Shown here one piece after another: positions 24,638-38,445 of a stretch of 64,000 bases of DNA (within the stretch, counting starts at the first letter, position 1; every line of letters starts with the position of its first letter). Origin of the DNA: Takakia lepidozioides (Eukaryota; Plantae; Bryophyta); assembly GCA_030704615.1 (NCBI GenBank), contig CM060733.1, forward strand, positions 19,034,001 through 19,098,000. Reading direction: 5' to 3'. The notes beneath the pieces were generated by a model. The model ran no database searches, was not told where the DNA came from, and saw nothing but the letters and a program-made list of their open reading frames with translations. The position numbers and the translations under genes were made by a program.

Positions 24638-24890
24638 ACTTACCTCAAGCCTAATTAAATTTAGAAGATTTTTGGAAAATGTGCCTTTTCCTGCCTAATT
24701 GCTTGAATTCTATTCTCAAAAATATATATTTTTTTAAAGAAATTTACCTCAAAATAGGGTCGACTGTAATAGCCTAATGTTTGGAAATTACCTACTAGGT
24801 GAGGTGCCTAAATAATAGAAACGAATCTGCCTAATGATATTCCATTTTTATTAATTATTAGGCGCAGAAGTGGTTAATAAGCAGTACGGT
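24638..24890. mobile_element. Degenerate MITE related to the element at 61386-62178
   Basis: Shares CTTACCT start and tttggaaattaccta...gaggtgcctaaataata...aattattaggcgc block. Confidence 0.7.
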
Positions 24891-25269
24891 AGTTAAAATA
24901 TTAACATGTTCAGAGTCTCACACTTGAAGTGGATACATGTCTTCATCCCTTGCTCTACTGCACCTGCACCCACCTTGACCTTGAAGCTGTGGGGTACTCA
25001 TACCGGAGTAGATCATAAGGAGTTACATGCTAGAATAATTATCCCTATGAGTATGCCTGCATTTTTCCATTTTTTACATGTTAGGAAACATAGCAATATT
25101 ATTTCTAAGAACTGTTGAGAAATTGAGAACCGGATACCAGGCTGGTGTCTAAATTGAGGCAGGCCCTGGTACCAGTTTTTCTATGGTATCTCACTTTTGG
25201 CACGCACCCATATACCAAGACCAGCCTGGTATCACAAAAACTCAATACCATACCAACACTGGTTCTTAC

Positions 25270-26620
25270 GGAAGATAATAGGAATAATGTAAGAACTTAA
25301 TGCGAGCGCGTCAGGACTGTTCAGCCCTGACACCTCGTACCGCCGGGTTCTCCGCCTCCGGCAGCCATCGAAAGGCAGCCAGCTGGGCTCGGTCAATCCT
25401 TCCCCACCCCCGCTCTCATCCCATCGGCGTCGTCGCCGCCTGCGTCGTCGTTCTGCGACACCAGTCCGCCAGTAACCACTAACCACCATGTAACCCCCTC
25501 TGCAACCCATGTAACCCCATGACCCTCTGTAACCCTCAACATGTGACCCTCACCTGTAACCCCTGTAACCCTCACCACCATGTAACCCTCTGTAATCCAT
25601 GTAACCCTTTGTAACACCGCAGAGTGTCACCCTCACTCCATGTAACCCTCTCTAACCCTCATCAGGTGTAACCCTCACCACCATGTAACCCTCTGTAACA
25701 CCGCAGAGTGTCACCCTCACCCCCATGTAACCCTCACTCCATGTAACCCTTTGTGACCCTTTGTGACCCTCTGTAACCCTCACCACCATGTAACCCTCCG
25801 TAACCCATGTAACCCTCCGTAACCCATGTAACCCTTAGTAACACCGCAGAGTGTCACCCTCACTCCATATAACCCTCTGTAACCCTCACCACCATGTAAC
25901 CCTCTGTAACACCGCAGAGTGTCACCCTCACCCCCATGTAACCCTCACTCCATGTAACCCTCTGTGACCCTCAACATGTAACCCTCACCTGTAACCCCCT
26001 GTAACCCTCACCACCATGTAACCCTCTATAACCCATGTAACCCTCTGTAACACCGCAGAGTGTCACCCTCACCCCTATGTAACCCTCACTCCATGTAACC
26101 CTCTGTAACCCTCACCACCATGTAACCCTCTGTAACACCGCATATTGTCACCCTCACCCGTATGTAACCCTCACTCCATGTAACCCTCTGTAACCCTCAC
26201 CAGGTGTAACCCTCACCACCATGTAACCCCCTGTAACACCGTAGAGTGTCACCCTCACCCCCATGTAACCCTCACTCCATGTAACCCTCTGTGACCCTCT
26301 GTAACCTTCACCACCATGTAACCCTCCGTAACCTATGTAACCCAACACCGCAGAGTGTCACCCTCACCCCTATGTAACCCTCACTCCATGTAACCCTTAG
26401 AACCCTCACCACCATGTAACCCTCTGTAACACCGCAGAGTGTCACCCTCACCCCCATGTAACCTTCACTCCATGTAACCCTCTGTGACCCTCAACATGTA
26501 ACCCTCACCTGTAACCCCCTGTAACCCTCACCACCATGTAACCCTCTGTAACACCGCAGAGTGTCACCCTCACCCCTATGTAACCCTTACTCCATGTAAC
26601 CCTCTGTAACACCGTCTCAT
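25270..26620 (+). repeat. Left TIR: about 200 bp unique plus about 1.15 kb CCATGTAACCCTC minisatellite
   Basis: Reverse complement of about 50970-52359. Confidence 0.9.
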
Positions 26621-27914
26621 GTACATCATACACGTGTAAACTATCTGACGGCCGAATGAAGGTTGAAATGGAGGCCGAAACCCTAATTTACTCTCTCAAT
26701 CCGTTTTTCAGATTCCTAGCTCGCTTGTTTTTTTTGCTTTGGGGCATCAGCTTTCTGCAATTCCCGTGGCGCCCAATCGGCTTCACACATCAGTACGAAA
26801 GATTTGTAGTTCATTCAGTTCAGTATTGTTTTCCAAGCAACATGCAAGACAACGCTTTCCGCGCAACGATCCGGCAAATCTATTACTACGGTTTTCTCTA
26901 TGATTGATACGGTTGTCTCTATCTTTTTTCTTTCTCAATGTCATTCTTGTTGTTTTGTCACCGTCCCCGATGGCTATGGTATTCCTGAGATCCGCATTAG
27001 GAAAGGGTTTTGTTTCTTTCGGTCTAGCCATGCAAGCAGCCGCTCATTTGACGGGGTGCCCATTCACTCTCCTCTCGTGTATCTTTTGTTCACACACCAG
27101 CCGGGGCAGCCTACTCATCGCTATTCTAGATGCAATCCGTATCGAATCCTGCGTGTTCTGCAAGCACTGTCAACCGGTTACATGTCTGATGGTTTATATG
27201 ACTGCGTTGCGTGTGCTATGGTTACACATAGGGGGTTACACGGTGTTTTCTTTCTCAATACATGGTGGCTTGGTAGACGGTTTAGTAATGGAGGTTTAGA
27301 TAGGGTTGACATGTTTGATGGGTTACGTGGACGTTACGCTCGCGGAGCCACATAGGCTAGGGTTACATGGGTGGGGCGTTACATTGCCCATGTTTACCTG
27401 GAGGTTGCATACTAATGGTTTGATATGACAGGGTTACATCGATGTTGTGTTCGGGAGTCAGATAGACTAGGGGTACATCAGGTTGTGACGAAGGGTTACA
27501 TCATATGTGGATACGTGACGGAGGGTTACACTCGACGTGTCTCGCATGCGGGTAACGGCGGGTTTGTCGCGCTCACAAGTGTAGGGTTATGGGTTACACT
27601 CCGCTATTCCGGGTGACACCGGGATTGCAACTCATACACGTGTGAGTCAGTGTGGATATAATTGATTGCAAGCCGCCAGATTTTAATGAACCGCCGTCTT
27701 TCGCTTAACCGACGTGCCTTACGGGTGACATCTAGTTAGCTTCGTTCCTCGTTCTTTGATCATTGTTCAGTTTTTCCCTTCTCGCAGCCCTTTCCTATTC
27801 TTCCTGCACTCCTTGCTGTGCGTGCTCCCTGCTATGCGTTCTTCGGAATTCTCTTGGTCTTGTCTTGCTCTTGCTCTTCTCTTCTCTTCTCTTCTGTCAG
27901 CTTTTTCTTTTGCC

Positions 27915-28508
27915 ATGGCTGATTGTTATCTGTTCCCTGGAGAGACTACTATTCCATTTGATCACTTGAAGAGGGATGGCGAACGAGTTCGCTTCTGGTA
28001 CACTGAGCATGAGCATAATACAATGATCGCGTACTGCCACACCAGGTGTAGAGAGGCCAAGGTGGAGTGAGCAAAGGGCTGGCCTAAGTTCAAATGTCCT
28101 TATTGTGGGGAAGTAAAGGTAGATAAGAGCAGATTGAATCGGCATATTGTCGATGGAACGGCCGCATGTATGGCCAGACCGAAAGGAACAAAACCGTTTC
28201 CTGATGCGGAGCTCAAGCATGCCATGGCTGTTGAAAATGTGGTGAATTCTGTTCCAGCTTCTTCTGTTGATGCATATCATGCATGGATTCTGCAAAATAG
28301 GGTGGTTTTGGGTGAGATTGCAGATCCTATTGAAGTGCCTGCTGTTGTACCTTTTGCTACAGAGGTTCCATCTTCTGGTGCTCCTGCTGTTTCTGTCCCT
28401 GGTCCTTCTGTTCGGCAGGTTCCTAACAAGAGAGATAAGCGGCGATTGAGCCCACCTCTACCTGTCCCTTGTGCAAAGAAAATCAATATTGGAAACCGCG
28501 GAAACTAG
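27915..28508 (+). pseudogene. Zinc-finger (CPYC-x12-H-x7-C) ORF in the MULE, one premature stop
   Basis: ORFs 27756-28070 and 28134-28508 are in frame across a TGA; reads FKCPYCGEVKVDKSRLNRHIVDGTAAC. Confidence 0.6.
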
Positions 28509-28959
28509 AGCTCAAGGTTCATCTTGCGAAAGCGAACTCCAGGCTCAATCCTTCTGCTACCGCATGGCCTTATTCCTCAGTTCCCATTTCCGAATGTCAA
28601 TGAGAAGGGGTTTTGGCCGGCATTCTAAGAATTTGTTGCGCGAGGCGAGGGCACAGTCCATGCGACAGCTGCAAAATCAAGTTGGGTTCTGTCAACGGAC
28701 AATCAAGTTAGATTCCCTGCCATTTCTCTGTTTTTCAAATTTTGGGTAGTTGTCTATCTGTGTAACCCTTTGTTTTACCCCCCCCCATCTCTCTTGTGGC
28801 GTGTAACCCACCTACAAAGGACCCCTTTTAAAAATCCCTATGGTGTGTAACCCACCTCTGTGTAACCCCGTGTAGCCCACCTTCCTTGTAACCCATTTTT
28901 CATGTGTAACCCCTCGTGCTGTAACCTTTTTCTCTGGTGTAACCCCTCACACTGTACTG

Positions 28960-31900
28960 CACAGGGAGCTCGACATCATCTTAGAAGCGATGATATGGAC
29001 AGTGTTGTTGCTGCCCACAAGGCGTTTACAGCCCAGCCAGATCATGGTCCGTTAATGATAGAGAAATTGAATCGGGAAGGAGTATTTGGAGAGCATTGGG
29101 CATCCTGACATGCCAAAGCAGAAAAAGAAAAAAGGTGGGAGACTTACACGAGTCCATCGAGAGAGCCAAGCCTCACATGATGATGACACGATGGACGAAC
29201 CAGTTGTTGGCAATACCGACCTTGATGATGCCAGAACTTCAAATCCTCTTGTCATCACTATTACTATAGATGGAATCGAAGGTTTGGTTGTCCCAGATCC
29301 GTTGGAATTCACTCGCGATTTTGCGGAATGATTGATCAGTCAAATGGAGAATCTCACCAAACCGCACATTGGACCGCCACCACTCATTTTGAGAATTCTG
29401 GCCCACAACGATGTAAGAAATCATGGCAGGTCAGTTTCCCAAACGCATCCCAGGTTGGGGTTCACGTCTGACCTTCTGGAAAGTGCTCTTACGGCCTCAA
29501 AGGTGAAGGACCTGGTCGATGAGTATTACGGCTTTAGTCTGATGTACTTTGCACAACCTGGTGACGGAATTGCGACCTTGGATTCTGAGCTCGAGGACTT
29601 AAGATCGAGTTTGAGTACAGAAGAGTGGGGTGACAAGTCAGTTAAGATCAACGGAGCTATACAGTTTTGCAAGGCAAGCCGTCGTCGCGCCGCCCATCAC
29701 TTTGCGATCCATCAGAAAGAATCGTTTATCCAGCTTTGGTGTTGTGGCCTCTTCAGCGAATCGCCAACAACAATGGACTTCAATGCGCGTTTGGGCATCC
29801 AGTATATGAGAGACCTTGGGTCTGTAGTGCCTTGGTATCTCTGTAAGTGTTACTCCATCCACTGTCACCCCTCTCGTCGTGTAACCCCTTTGTGTGTAAT
29901 TCTGTAATCAGTGTAACCCTCGCTATGTGGAACCCTGTACTCAGTGTAACCCTCGTTGTGTGTAACCCTGTAATCAGTGTAACCCTTGGAGTATGTAACC
30001 CTGTAATCAGTGTACCCCTAATGTTACCCCTCGTTGTGTTACCCTAGATTTGTTACCCTCTCGTTGTGTAATCTCACTAGTGTAACCCCGTAGTGTAACC
30101 CATTGCAAACTACTGTCTCTAACAGGGTGGTGTAACCCACATCGTGTAATCCGAACCACTGTCTTGTCCTAGTCAGTGTAACCCTTACATAGTGTAACCC
30201 TTGCACTTTCAAAAACCTTGTTCCACGACTAAAAACCTTTGTCTTTTCCCCGATGCAGATGAGTCCGAGCTCATGACCAATCAAGTCGCCAATGCGTTCA
30301 AAAACCTTTTTGAGGCTCAACGTGAGCTTCATGAAGTTGTGTATGGGGCCCCTCCACAATGCGATACAAGGGGCGCGCACACGAGTGATGGGCCCTCTGT
30401 GTTACAGGATGAGGAGATGGTTAAACCTCGACTTCATTCAATTTCCACCCCACAAAGCGACGATGTACATGATGAGGACATCATTCCAAGTCAATCTGTC
30501 ATTGTATCTTTGTCGTAGGTTAGTGAATTGTACTCAACCCAGCTGCACTTAGGGGTGAACCTAGCAGACTTGACGCGAGATTTGCCCGTGAATTCTGATA
30601 CTGATACTGAAGATGATACATCAAGGTGGAACACCCAAGTGCGAACCTCTTTGTCCGCAACCCCAGTCATTTCTTTTGGAGGTCTTAATCGAAGAACCGG
30701 GGACCCGCTTGACCCAGAATCTGTGTATGACTTTGAATCTGGAGATGCTGGGTTGAACCCTCCATGCAGCAATGTTAGTATTTGTGAGGGTCATGTGGTC
30801 AACCTCTCTCAGAATGACACTGTTCGAATGATGCAGACTGAAGATCCAAGACATTTCGCGCCACAACATGTCACATTGGAGGAGGTGGTCAGTATTGAGG
30901 GTGACATTGTCTGGGGGATTGAGCAGACAGACAGTCACCGAGCCTTCGTTGATGCAAAGAAGAGTGACATCGATATGGGTGACACGGGGAAGGGTGTCAC
31001 TGAGGAGGTTGTCAGTTGGAAGGGTGACACAAAGCAGGGTCACACTGAAAAGCGTTTCACTGTGGAGAGTCACGAAGAGTTGCGGAGCATTGTGACACTG
31101 AGAAGAGTGACACTGCCAAGGGTGACACACATAAGATTGTTACTCAGCAGGGTGACACTGGGAAGGAACCCGATGAGAAGGGTGACACTGCGAAGAGTGA
31201 CTCTGATAAGGCGGCCAAAGAGAAGGGTGACACCGAGAACAGTGACACTGAGAAGGTAGCCGAAGAGAAGGGTGACACTGAGATGCGTGACACTGAGGAG
31301 GTAGCCGAAGAGAAAGGTGACACTGAGAAGAGTGACACTGAGGAGATAGTCGAAGAGAAGGGTGACACTGAGAAGAGTGACACTCACAAGGTAGTCGAAG
31401 AGAAGGGTGACATTGAGAAGCGTGACTCTGACAAGGGGTCTGAACAGAAGGGTGACACTGACAGAGGCAGCACCGAGGAGGTGAGCTGTGACACTTCAGC
31501 CCTTGGTCAGTCACCTCCCCAGCACGTCTCAGACGAGGGAGTGCATTCTTCAGCACTTGCAGCAAACTCAAAACAAGGCACCTCTGGCCCACAAATTCCC
31601 CCTACCGGCGGCATTGTCACCTCTGGCCCACAAATTCTCCCTACCGGCGGCATTGTCAGGGTTGCAGAGAATCCCAGGAGGTCAAAACGGCCGCCTACTC
31701 AAAGAAAGCGGTTGGCTGAACCCCCTAGCGCTGACAAAAAAGTACATGTTCTTGTCGCACCCAAAAAACAGCGAACCAAATCGAAAGGCAAAAGTGCAGG
31801 GGTCTCCGAGGTTGACGTTGTCCAGCAGCAAGAGGTCCTTGCCAAGCACTTGCGGGAGCGTTTGAGGTACCTCATTGGACTTTGATCCTCTCTGATTGCG

Positions 31901-33054
31901 AATATTCATTATAATTCTTGTATGATGCATCTTAATGTTCGTAATGTGCGGTTTGTTGTGCAGACTAAAACAACGGTACTTGACGAAGTTCAGAATGGTG
32001 TCGAACCCTCCTGGGGCGCCCGAAGTGAAGTTTTATTATGGCGATGCCTTCCTGGCTTCTACCCCGTTACAGTTTTACTTGGAAGAGACAGATTTTGAGC
32101 CGATGTATAAAATAAGAGCAACTGTCACAGATGCATTGCTCTCGGGTTACAACAAACTTCTGAAGGCCAAACTGTTTAAGGCTATCGCACCTGGGTTTGT
32201 CATCTGTGCTCATTTCCAGTGGCATGTCATGCGTACCAATGGTAACGATCTGTAGACGCTATTCGGGTTGGTGCAAGAATGGTACACTCAGGATGCCCGA
32301 GGGATGGTGTTCACAAAGAATCGAGATCTTGTGGACATGGTTGTCATCCCTATTGTCTTCGAGTAAGTAATTTGAGCGTTGACTGATCATGTTGGGTTAC
32401 ATTCCTCTGTTCTACATTGAGTTGCACTAGTTTGGATTTGCACTGCTGACTAGTTGTATTACACCGTTTAGAGTTACAGTACAAAGGGTTACACTACTGG
32501 GTTACACATGAGGTGGGTTACACTACTGGGTTACACCACAGCCGGGTTACACCACTGAGGGTTACACCACAATGGGTTTCATTGGAGAGTTTTTTTTCTT
32601 CTATTGTGACGTTACGGCTTTGTTTGTGTTGCGGTGATCACTGGAGTGTTGCTGTTTTAGAGCGCCGAGGTCGGATAGTATATTTGGACTCCCATAAAAC
32701 CATTGCCCGACCCAAACTCATTGAAGGAATTTTGCGAAATTTTGTCATAGCGTTCTTTGATTGCCTGCCTGGATCTGATGACTTCAGTTATGTCATGGAG
32801 AGGATGGAATGGTTTGAGGCCAATGTCCCCCAGCAACGGAGCTGTTGGGAGTGCGCCTATTATGCACTTTGCTTTGTGCAATTTTACTTGGAGTGGAAGT
32901 TCAATGTGAAAACCACAGAAGATCGAACCGTCATAGGCGGGCGTTTACTGCAAGTTGGTTCGACGAGTCAACCATGATAGCTTCCCGTACTCATATGATT
33001 AGTTGGCTCTATGACGAGATGGACAAAGACTTGGTTAAATGGCCAAAGAAATAA
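28960..33054 (+). pseudogene. Multi-exon Ulp1/SUMO protease-like (peptidase C48) gene with long acidic repeat region
   Basis: VVIPIVF|intron|DHWSVAVL...VYLDS...VPQQRSCWECAYY gives the His-Asp-Cys triad and oxyanion Gln; stops and frameshifts; 5' extent uncertain. Confidence 0.75.
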
Positions 33055-36000
33055 ATAGCGTCTCTTGATGCATTTTTTGCTTCTATGTGGTTTGTTCGTA
33101 ACACTTCACAGTTTGGGTTTCATGCAATGGGCTTACATGGGGTTACACCTTATTGGGTTACATGAAGTGGAGTCATAGACAAGTACTTGGGTATACCTTG
33201 GGGCCCTGGGGCAATAAGCTTACACTCTGTGGGTTCACACATAAGTGATGGGTTACACCGTGCCGGGTCTCACAACGTGGGGTTACACTTATGGTTTACA
33301 TGCAATGGGCCTCTCAGGATTACATGGTTGAGCCTTCCTGGCTATGTCAGAGTCACGTAGCTGAAACAGTAGAGTTTCGTGGCATGTAACCCCACCTCGA
33401 CTATGCGCACTTGTTTTTTTTTTTTTTTTTTTTTTTTTCCCCCGCACTGAAGTTTTTGTGCACTGAAGTTCTCAGAGTTATACTACATGGGGTTACATAC
33501 ATGAGGGCTATGTACAATGGGTTACATACAATGGGGTCACACTAGTGGGGGTAATATCTGGTCGGGTTACATACTTCTTGGAGTTACAACACTCTGGGTT
33601 ACACTCACTCAAGAGGGTTACACAGGTCTGAGTTACACTGTGCACAATGACAATGGGCAGGGTTGCCTATACAAGGGCTACGTGTCGTGGGGATACATAA
33701 GATGGGGTGATGTAGCATCGGGGTTTACAGCATGCACCCCAAATTGTACAATGGGTTACATGCGATGGGGTGACAACAGTGGGGGTTACATGTGGTCGGG
33801 ATACATACTTCTTGGGGTTACACAACAACAAGTTACACTCCGGAGGGCTACACTGGTCCATAACATAGGTTGAACGGAATGATTATCTATCTCATGGATT
33901 ACACGTCCATGGGTTACGTATACAGGGTGGGTTACACACAAATTGGGTTACACATACAGGGGTTACACATACAGGGTGGGATACACCTAAATTGCTTACA
34001 CATAGAGGGGTTACACATATATAGGTTACACATGCAGGGTGGGTTACACATAGAGGGGTTGCACATAGAGGGGTTACACATACAGGGGCTAGTGTTGGCG
34101 ACTAAAGATGCTCAACTTCAGCTTCTTCCCACTCTGTATTGAAGGGTCATGTAACCCCGGCAGACTAACCCAGACCCTGTAGTCACACTGTAGTCATCGA
34201 CTGTTGATAGTTACATTGCAGATACACTTGGAGTTACACCACAATGAGTTACACTGAAGAGGGTTACACTCGTCTGTGTTACACTGCGTGGAGTACCACA
34301 GATGCGAGTTACACTAAGTAGAGCTATGTTACGTTATGAAACCCCAGACAGTGTAACCCTGCGTTGTGTCACCCCGGCCCGTGGGTGTCCCATTGAGTGG
34401 GTTACATAGGTTGAATGTGGATGGAATGGCAAAGTGAATAACAACCCATGAACAGACATGTACTTCATATTAAACCTGGTGATCACAAAATAAGTGTCAT
34501 TGCCAATGGACTCAATGGTCACTTACTATGGAACCGGTCTACAAAATCCATTTTCCTGGCAAGGGACATGTTGTTTCCATCATCATTTTTTATGAATGGA
34601 ACTGCCTGAAGAGGGTGCAACAGACCTTTGTCGATTCTGACTTGTAAAGTGGACAGCCTCCCACGAACACAACGAAGCTCGGCAAGCAGATGTTTGCGCA
34701 TTGTTTCACTCTCATTGCCAAGAAGCGACAGGGACTTCATCTCAGATTTAATTGATGAAACACGATGGGATGATGCTGAGCACTCCGTAGGCTCTGCTAG
34801 ATTCACAACTTCCTCCTCTGCATCAATATCTGGAAGTTCCGATTTCATCAACATGTCAAGACCTCCATGAATGGTCCCGAGCTTTGTGCCACAGAGCTTC
34901 ACAATAAGCCCTTCCTTCAGATTTGGCTTCATCAATTGAAGAACGTGGATTTGATGTTTGCATAAGTTACCCTTCAAAGCCCATGGACAATCGCAACAAG
35001 CCTAGGTGGTTGCAGGTGCATAGATTGTGTAGCTTTGACCGGCCGTTTGAACACTATCCACAATCGCCGGATGACCAGGAACAGTGGGCAAATGAACATT
35101 GACGCCAGGGATCTCCATCGCAGTCCAAACAACATTGCTGATAAATTCCTCCTGTCGTACATTCCTTTTGAAGCCTTTCGATTTCAAGTTATCTCTATAC
35201 CAATAGTGGGTTAGAACAGGACCCACGAGTTTGCTGATCAGCCAATCAATTCTCCTGCCATCAAGTCTTTGCTTTCCCGAGCGTAAACGAGCCTTCAAAT
35301 TTCTGTGCCAAGATTCAATGGCGGCATTAGTATCCTGACTTGCATGTGGAATATTTCGAGCCCCCATGATCCACATGCTCAGTTTTGGGACCCATTCCAT
35401 TCTGATGTAATGTAAAAAGTCACGCGCAAGCGGATAGGAATAATGTAAATCCTCCAGTCGCTCCAGCGCCCACTCTTCTAGGGTGACTCCCACACAGGCG
35501 TTAATGCCGTACATTACGTCGCCAAGCTTTTTCAAAATAGCATTGCGAGTGTATGGATCGGGCATCTTACGCCACGAATGTTTCAGCCAAGCGCGGCGAA
35601 CATGCCAAAGGCATAGAAATATCGCTACGTCCCCAAACGATTCCCTGCACGCACACACATCAAATGCCACCCAATCCATCAGTGTAACTCCTTGCAATGT
35701 AACTCTTAGTAGTGTAACTCTTGTCAGTGTAACTCTTGCAGTGTAACTCTTAACAGTGTAACTTTTATTACTGTAACTCTTTTCAGTATAACTCTTATCA
35801 GTGTAGCTCTTATCAGAGAAACTCTTAGCAGTGTAACTCTCCGCAGTGTAACTTTTCACAGTGTAACTCTTAGTAGTGCGACTCTTAGAAGTCTGACTCA
35901 CGTAACGCAATCCATGTTACACCGTGTAACTCTCAGAGCGACCCAGCCCATATAACCCTCTGCGATGCTTCCAGTGTAACTCACAGGCTATAGCAGTGCA

Positions 36001-36609
36001 ACCTAATCTATGCAAGACTGCAGATAATACGCCATGTAACTCCCAGTGTAGCTCGCAGTGTAACCCTTTGTCTATCTCATAGCAGTGTAACCCTTTGTCT
36101 ACCTCAGCAGTGTAACCCTCCGTCCAACTCAAGGCAGTGTAATCATCTGTCTAACTGATAGTGTAACCCTAAGTGTAACAGACAGCACTGCAACCCAATC
36201 CATGTAACCCCTCGAGTAACTGACAGTGTAACTCCAAGTGTTACAAGCAGCAATGCACCCCCTCGTGTAATTGGCAGTTTAACTCTTACTGGGATTCTCA
36301 GTGTAACTAGCAACAGTGTAGCCCGATCCATGAAACCCCTCATGCATGCAAATTGTAGTGTAGATTACTGTGTGACTCAGAACATCGTAACTTCTAGCCG
36401 TGTACCTGATAGTATTGATTTCTGCGTCTGCATCGTCGACAAACAAAAGCATTTGGCCTCCAATGTGGTTTGTTCTGAAGAAGTCGGTCGCGAAGACGTT
36501 TCATCCAGGGGCTCAGGTCAATCGTTTTATTTCTCGCTGATATAATATAAGCAACAGGTATGCCGTTGAGCCATTCGTCGAACACCATCATTGTATACAT
36601 TGGGAACTG

Positions 36610-36880
36610 TGTCAAGTTAAATAAGTACAGTGTGAAACTAGCTAGAATGAAGCTAGTTATTTGTATTTAACACTTGGATTTAGGTCAAGTGTTAAATCAG
36701 GTGTCAAGTTTAGTTTGACACCTGACCCGTCTTATCTTCTCGAGAGCGGCAGTCACGCGGCTCATCTCTCTCGAGTTGAGCCTGCGCGACCAAGCTCCTG
36801 CATGCATTTAGATTTGAGTGTGCTTATGTAGGGGTACAGGTTGTTGTGGGGTGGAGTCCCCATAGCTTGGGGTGCCCCTG
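36610..36880 (+). repeat. Repeat A1 (271 bp), 5' terminus
   Basis: Direct copy at 48475-48745, about 7 mismatches by eye. Confidence 0.95.
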
Positions 36881-37042
36881 TCCGGCTGCAATGCTGATCC
36901 TGCAGAATAGCCCAGCCCAAAACCCCGGACTGACTGGCCTCCACCAAGAGAGGCTTTGGCAACTACAAGTACAAGGTAATGAAAATAGTACAGAGTTGGA
37001 GGGGAAGAATAGAAGCCCGACCAAGCAAGATCTAATCCTGAT

Positions 37043-37879
37043 CTATGCTATCAACTGCCAGACTTCTCTCAAAGTGCCTCGCTCTGCATGATGGTAAGGT
37101 GTAGGAGGTATATCTATGTCCAGAAACCTGCCACTAACCTTGTCGCAAGCTACAGTAGCTCGCTCTAACCAACCCTCCTCCTCTTTCTGCCAGGTTGAGA
37201 CAAAGCAATACTCCCCTATCTCCCGCTCACTGAATACTAAAGAAAACAAAGGTAGGGTCTGATAGTCTCTCAACTCGAAAGCTTTGAGTCGGTTGCGGGT
37301 GTTCTCATTGCGAATGACTGCATCTCTTTCACGCACAACAAACATGTCATTGCTGATGAACCCCCGCTCGTGGTTGCCCTGTGCAGAGCGTATCCGGCTG
37401 CAACCATGTCTGATTGCACAAACTTGTGTAGCTCCTGCTCCTCTGCTCCAGTACACCACGGCCTTGTGGCTGAACACCTTGGCCCCCGGGGCTGTCTTTG
37501 GCTGTGTTCCAAGCCTAGCTTTCACCCACTTTGGTATTTCACCTACAGCTGCAGAACTGCTGGCTCCAACAGAGTTCTGACTGTCCAAGGCGATATTGAG
37601 GCCCTCAATGCCAACTACAGCAGTCTGTTGTCTACTGCTAATGCCTGACTCCCAGTATGCAATCAACTCGTCCAACTGTTCTCCACTCAAATCAGTCTGA
37701 GTTCCTTGGGAAACATAAATCTTGTCCCCTTGTGTGCACAGGCTAAGAGAAGAGACCTGCCCTTCAATTACGTCCTCATTTCCCCCAGCCATACAAGGAG
37801 TACATCCACAGATTTGTCTCTCATATAGACCAGCACAGGTTCTAGAAACAGGATTGTGGATCTTTCGTGGCACACTCAC
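37043..37879 (-). CDS. Hypothetical antisense ORF (278 aa) in the retroelement 5' region
   Basis: Open frame only; no recognised domain. Confidence 0.35.
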   Translation of the reverse strand: MSVPRKIHNPVSRTCAGLYERQICGCTPCMAGGNEDVIEGQVSSLSLCTQGDKIYVSQGTQTDLSGEQLDELIAYWESGISSRQQTAVVGIEGLNIALDSQNSVGASSSAAVGEIPKWVKARLGTQPKTAPGAKVFSHKAVVYWSRGAGATQVCAIRHGCSRIRSAQGNHERGFISNDMFVVRERDAVIRNENTRNRLKAFELRDYQTLPLFSLVFSEREIGEYCFVSTWQKEEEGWLERATVACDKVSGRFLDIDIPPTPYHHAERGTLREVWQLIA

Positions 37880-38301
37880 ACTCTAAAAATTCCATAGATT
37901 TTTAGCAGAGTCCCCAAGTAGATTTCCCCTTTCTGCAGCTATCCCCTCAAAAACTGTGTCAAACGGAGTTCATTTGCCAAAGATATGACCAATTAGGCTC
38001 TAAATCCTTTAACTTAGATCAAAAGGGCTTTTTTCTTTTTCTTTTTCTTTTTCTTTTTCTTTTCAAATTTAAAAATTCAAAGGAAGGTGAGAAGCTCTTT
38101 GGAAACTTCCCCTATCCTTACATGCTTTTCCACCTGGGTCATGCTTTCTCCCTGCAGGGGGTGGAATTTGCATATGCTTATCAGCGTTGGAGAGGGCGGC
38201 AAGAGCGGACGTACTGATTGCGGGCGTATAGAGCTGAAGGATGGGCTTTAGGGGCTATGGCGGCTGTCTCAATGCAGGTTGCAGCGGGAGTCTCTTGCTC
38301 A

Positions 38302-38445
<144 letters not shown>

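Noticed and set aside
25470-26620. Telomere-like TAACCC repeats
   Set aside because: Units are TGTAACCCTC variants rather than tandem CCCTAAA/CCCTAA, and they are mirrored as MULE TIRs
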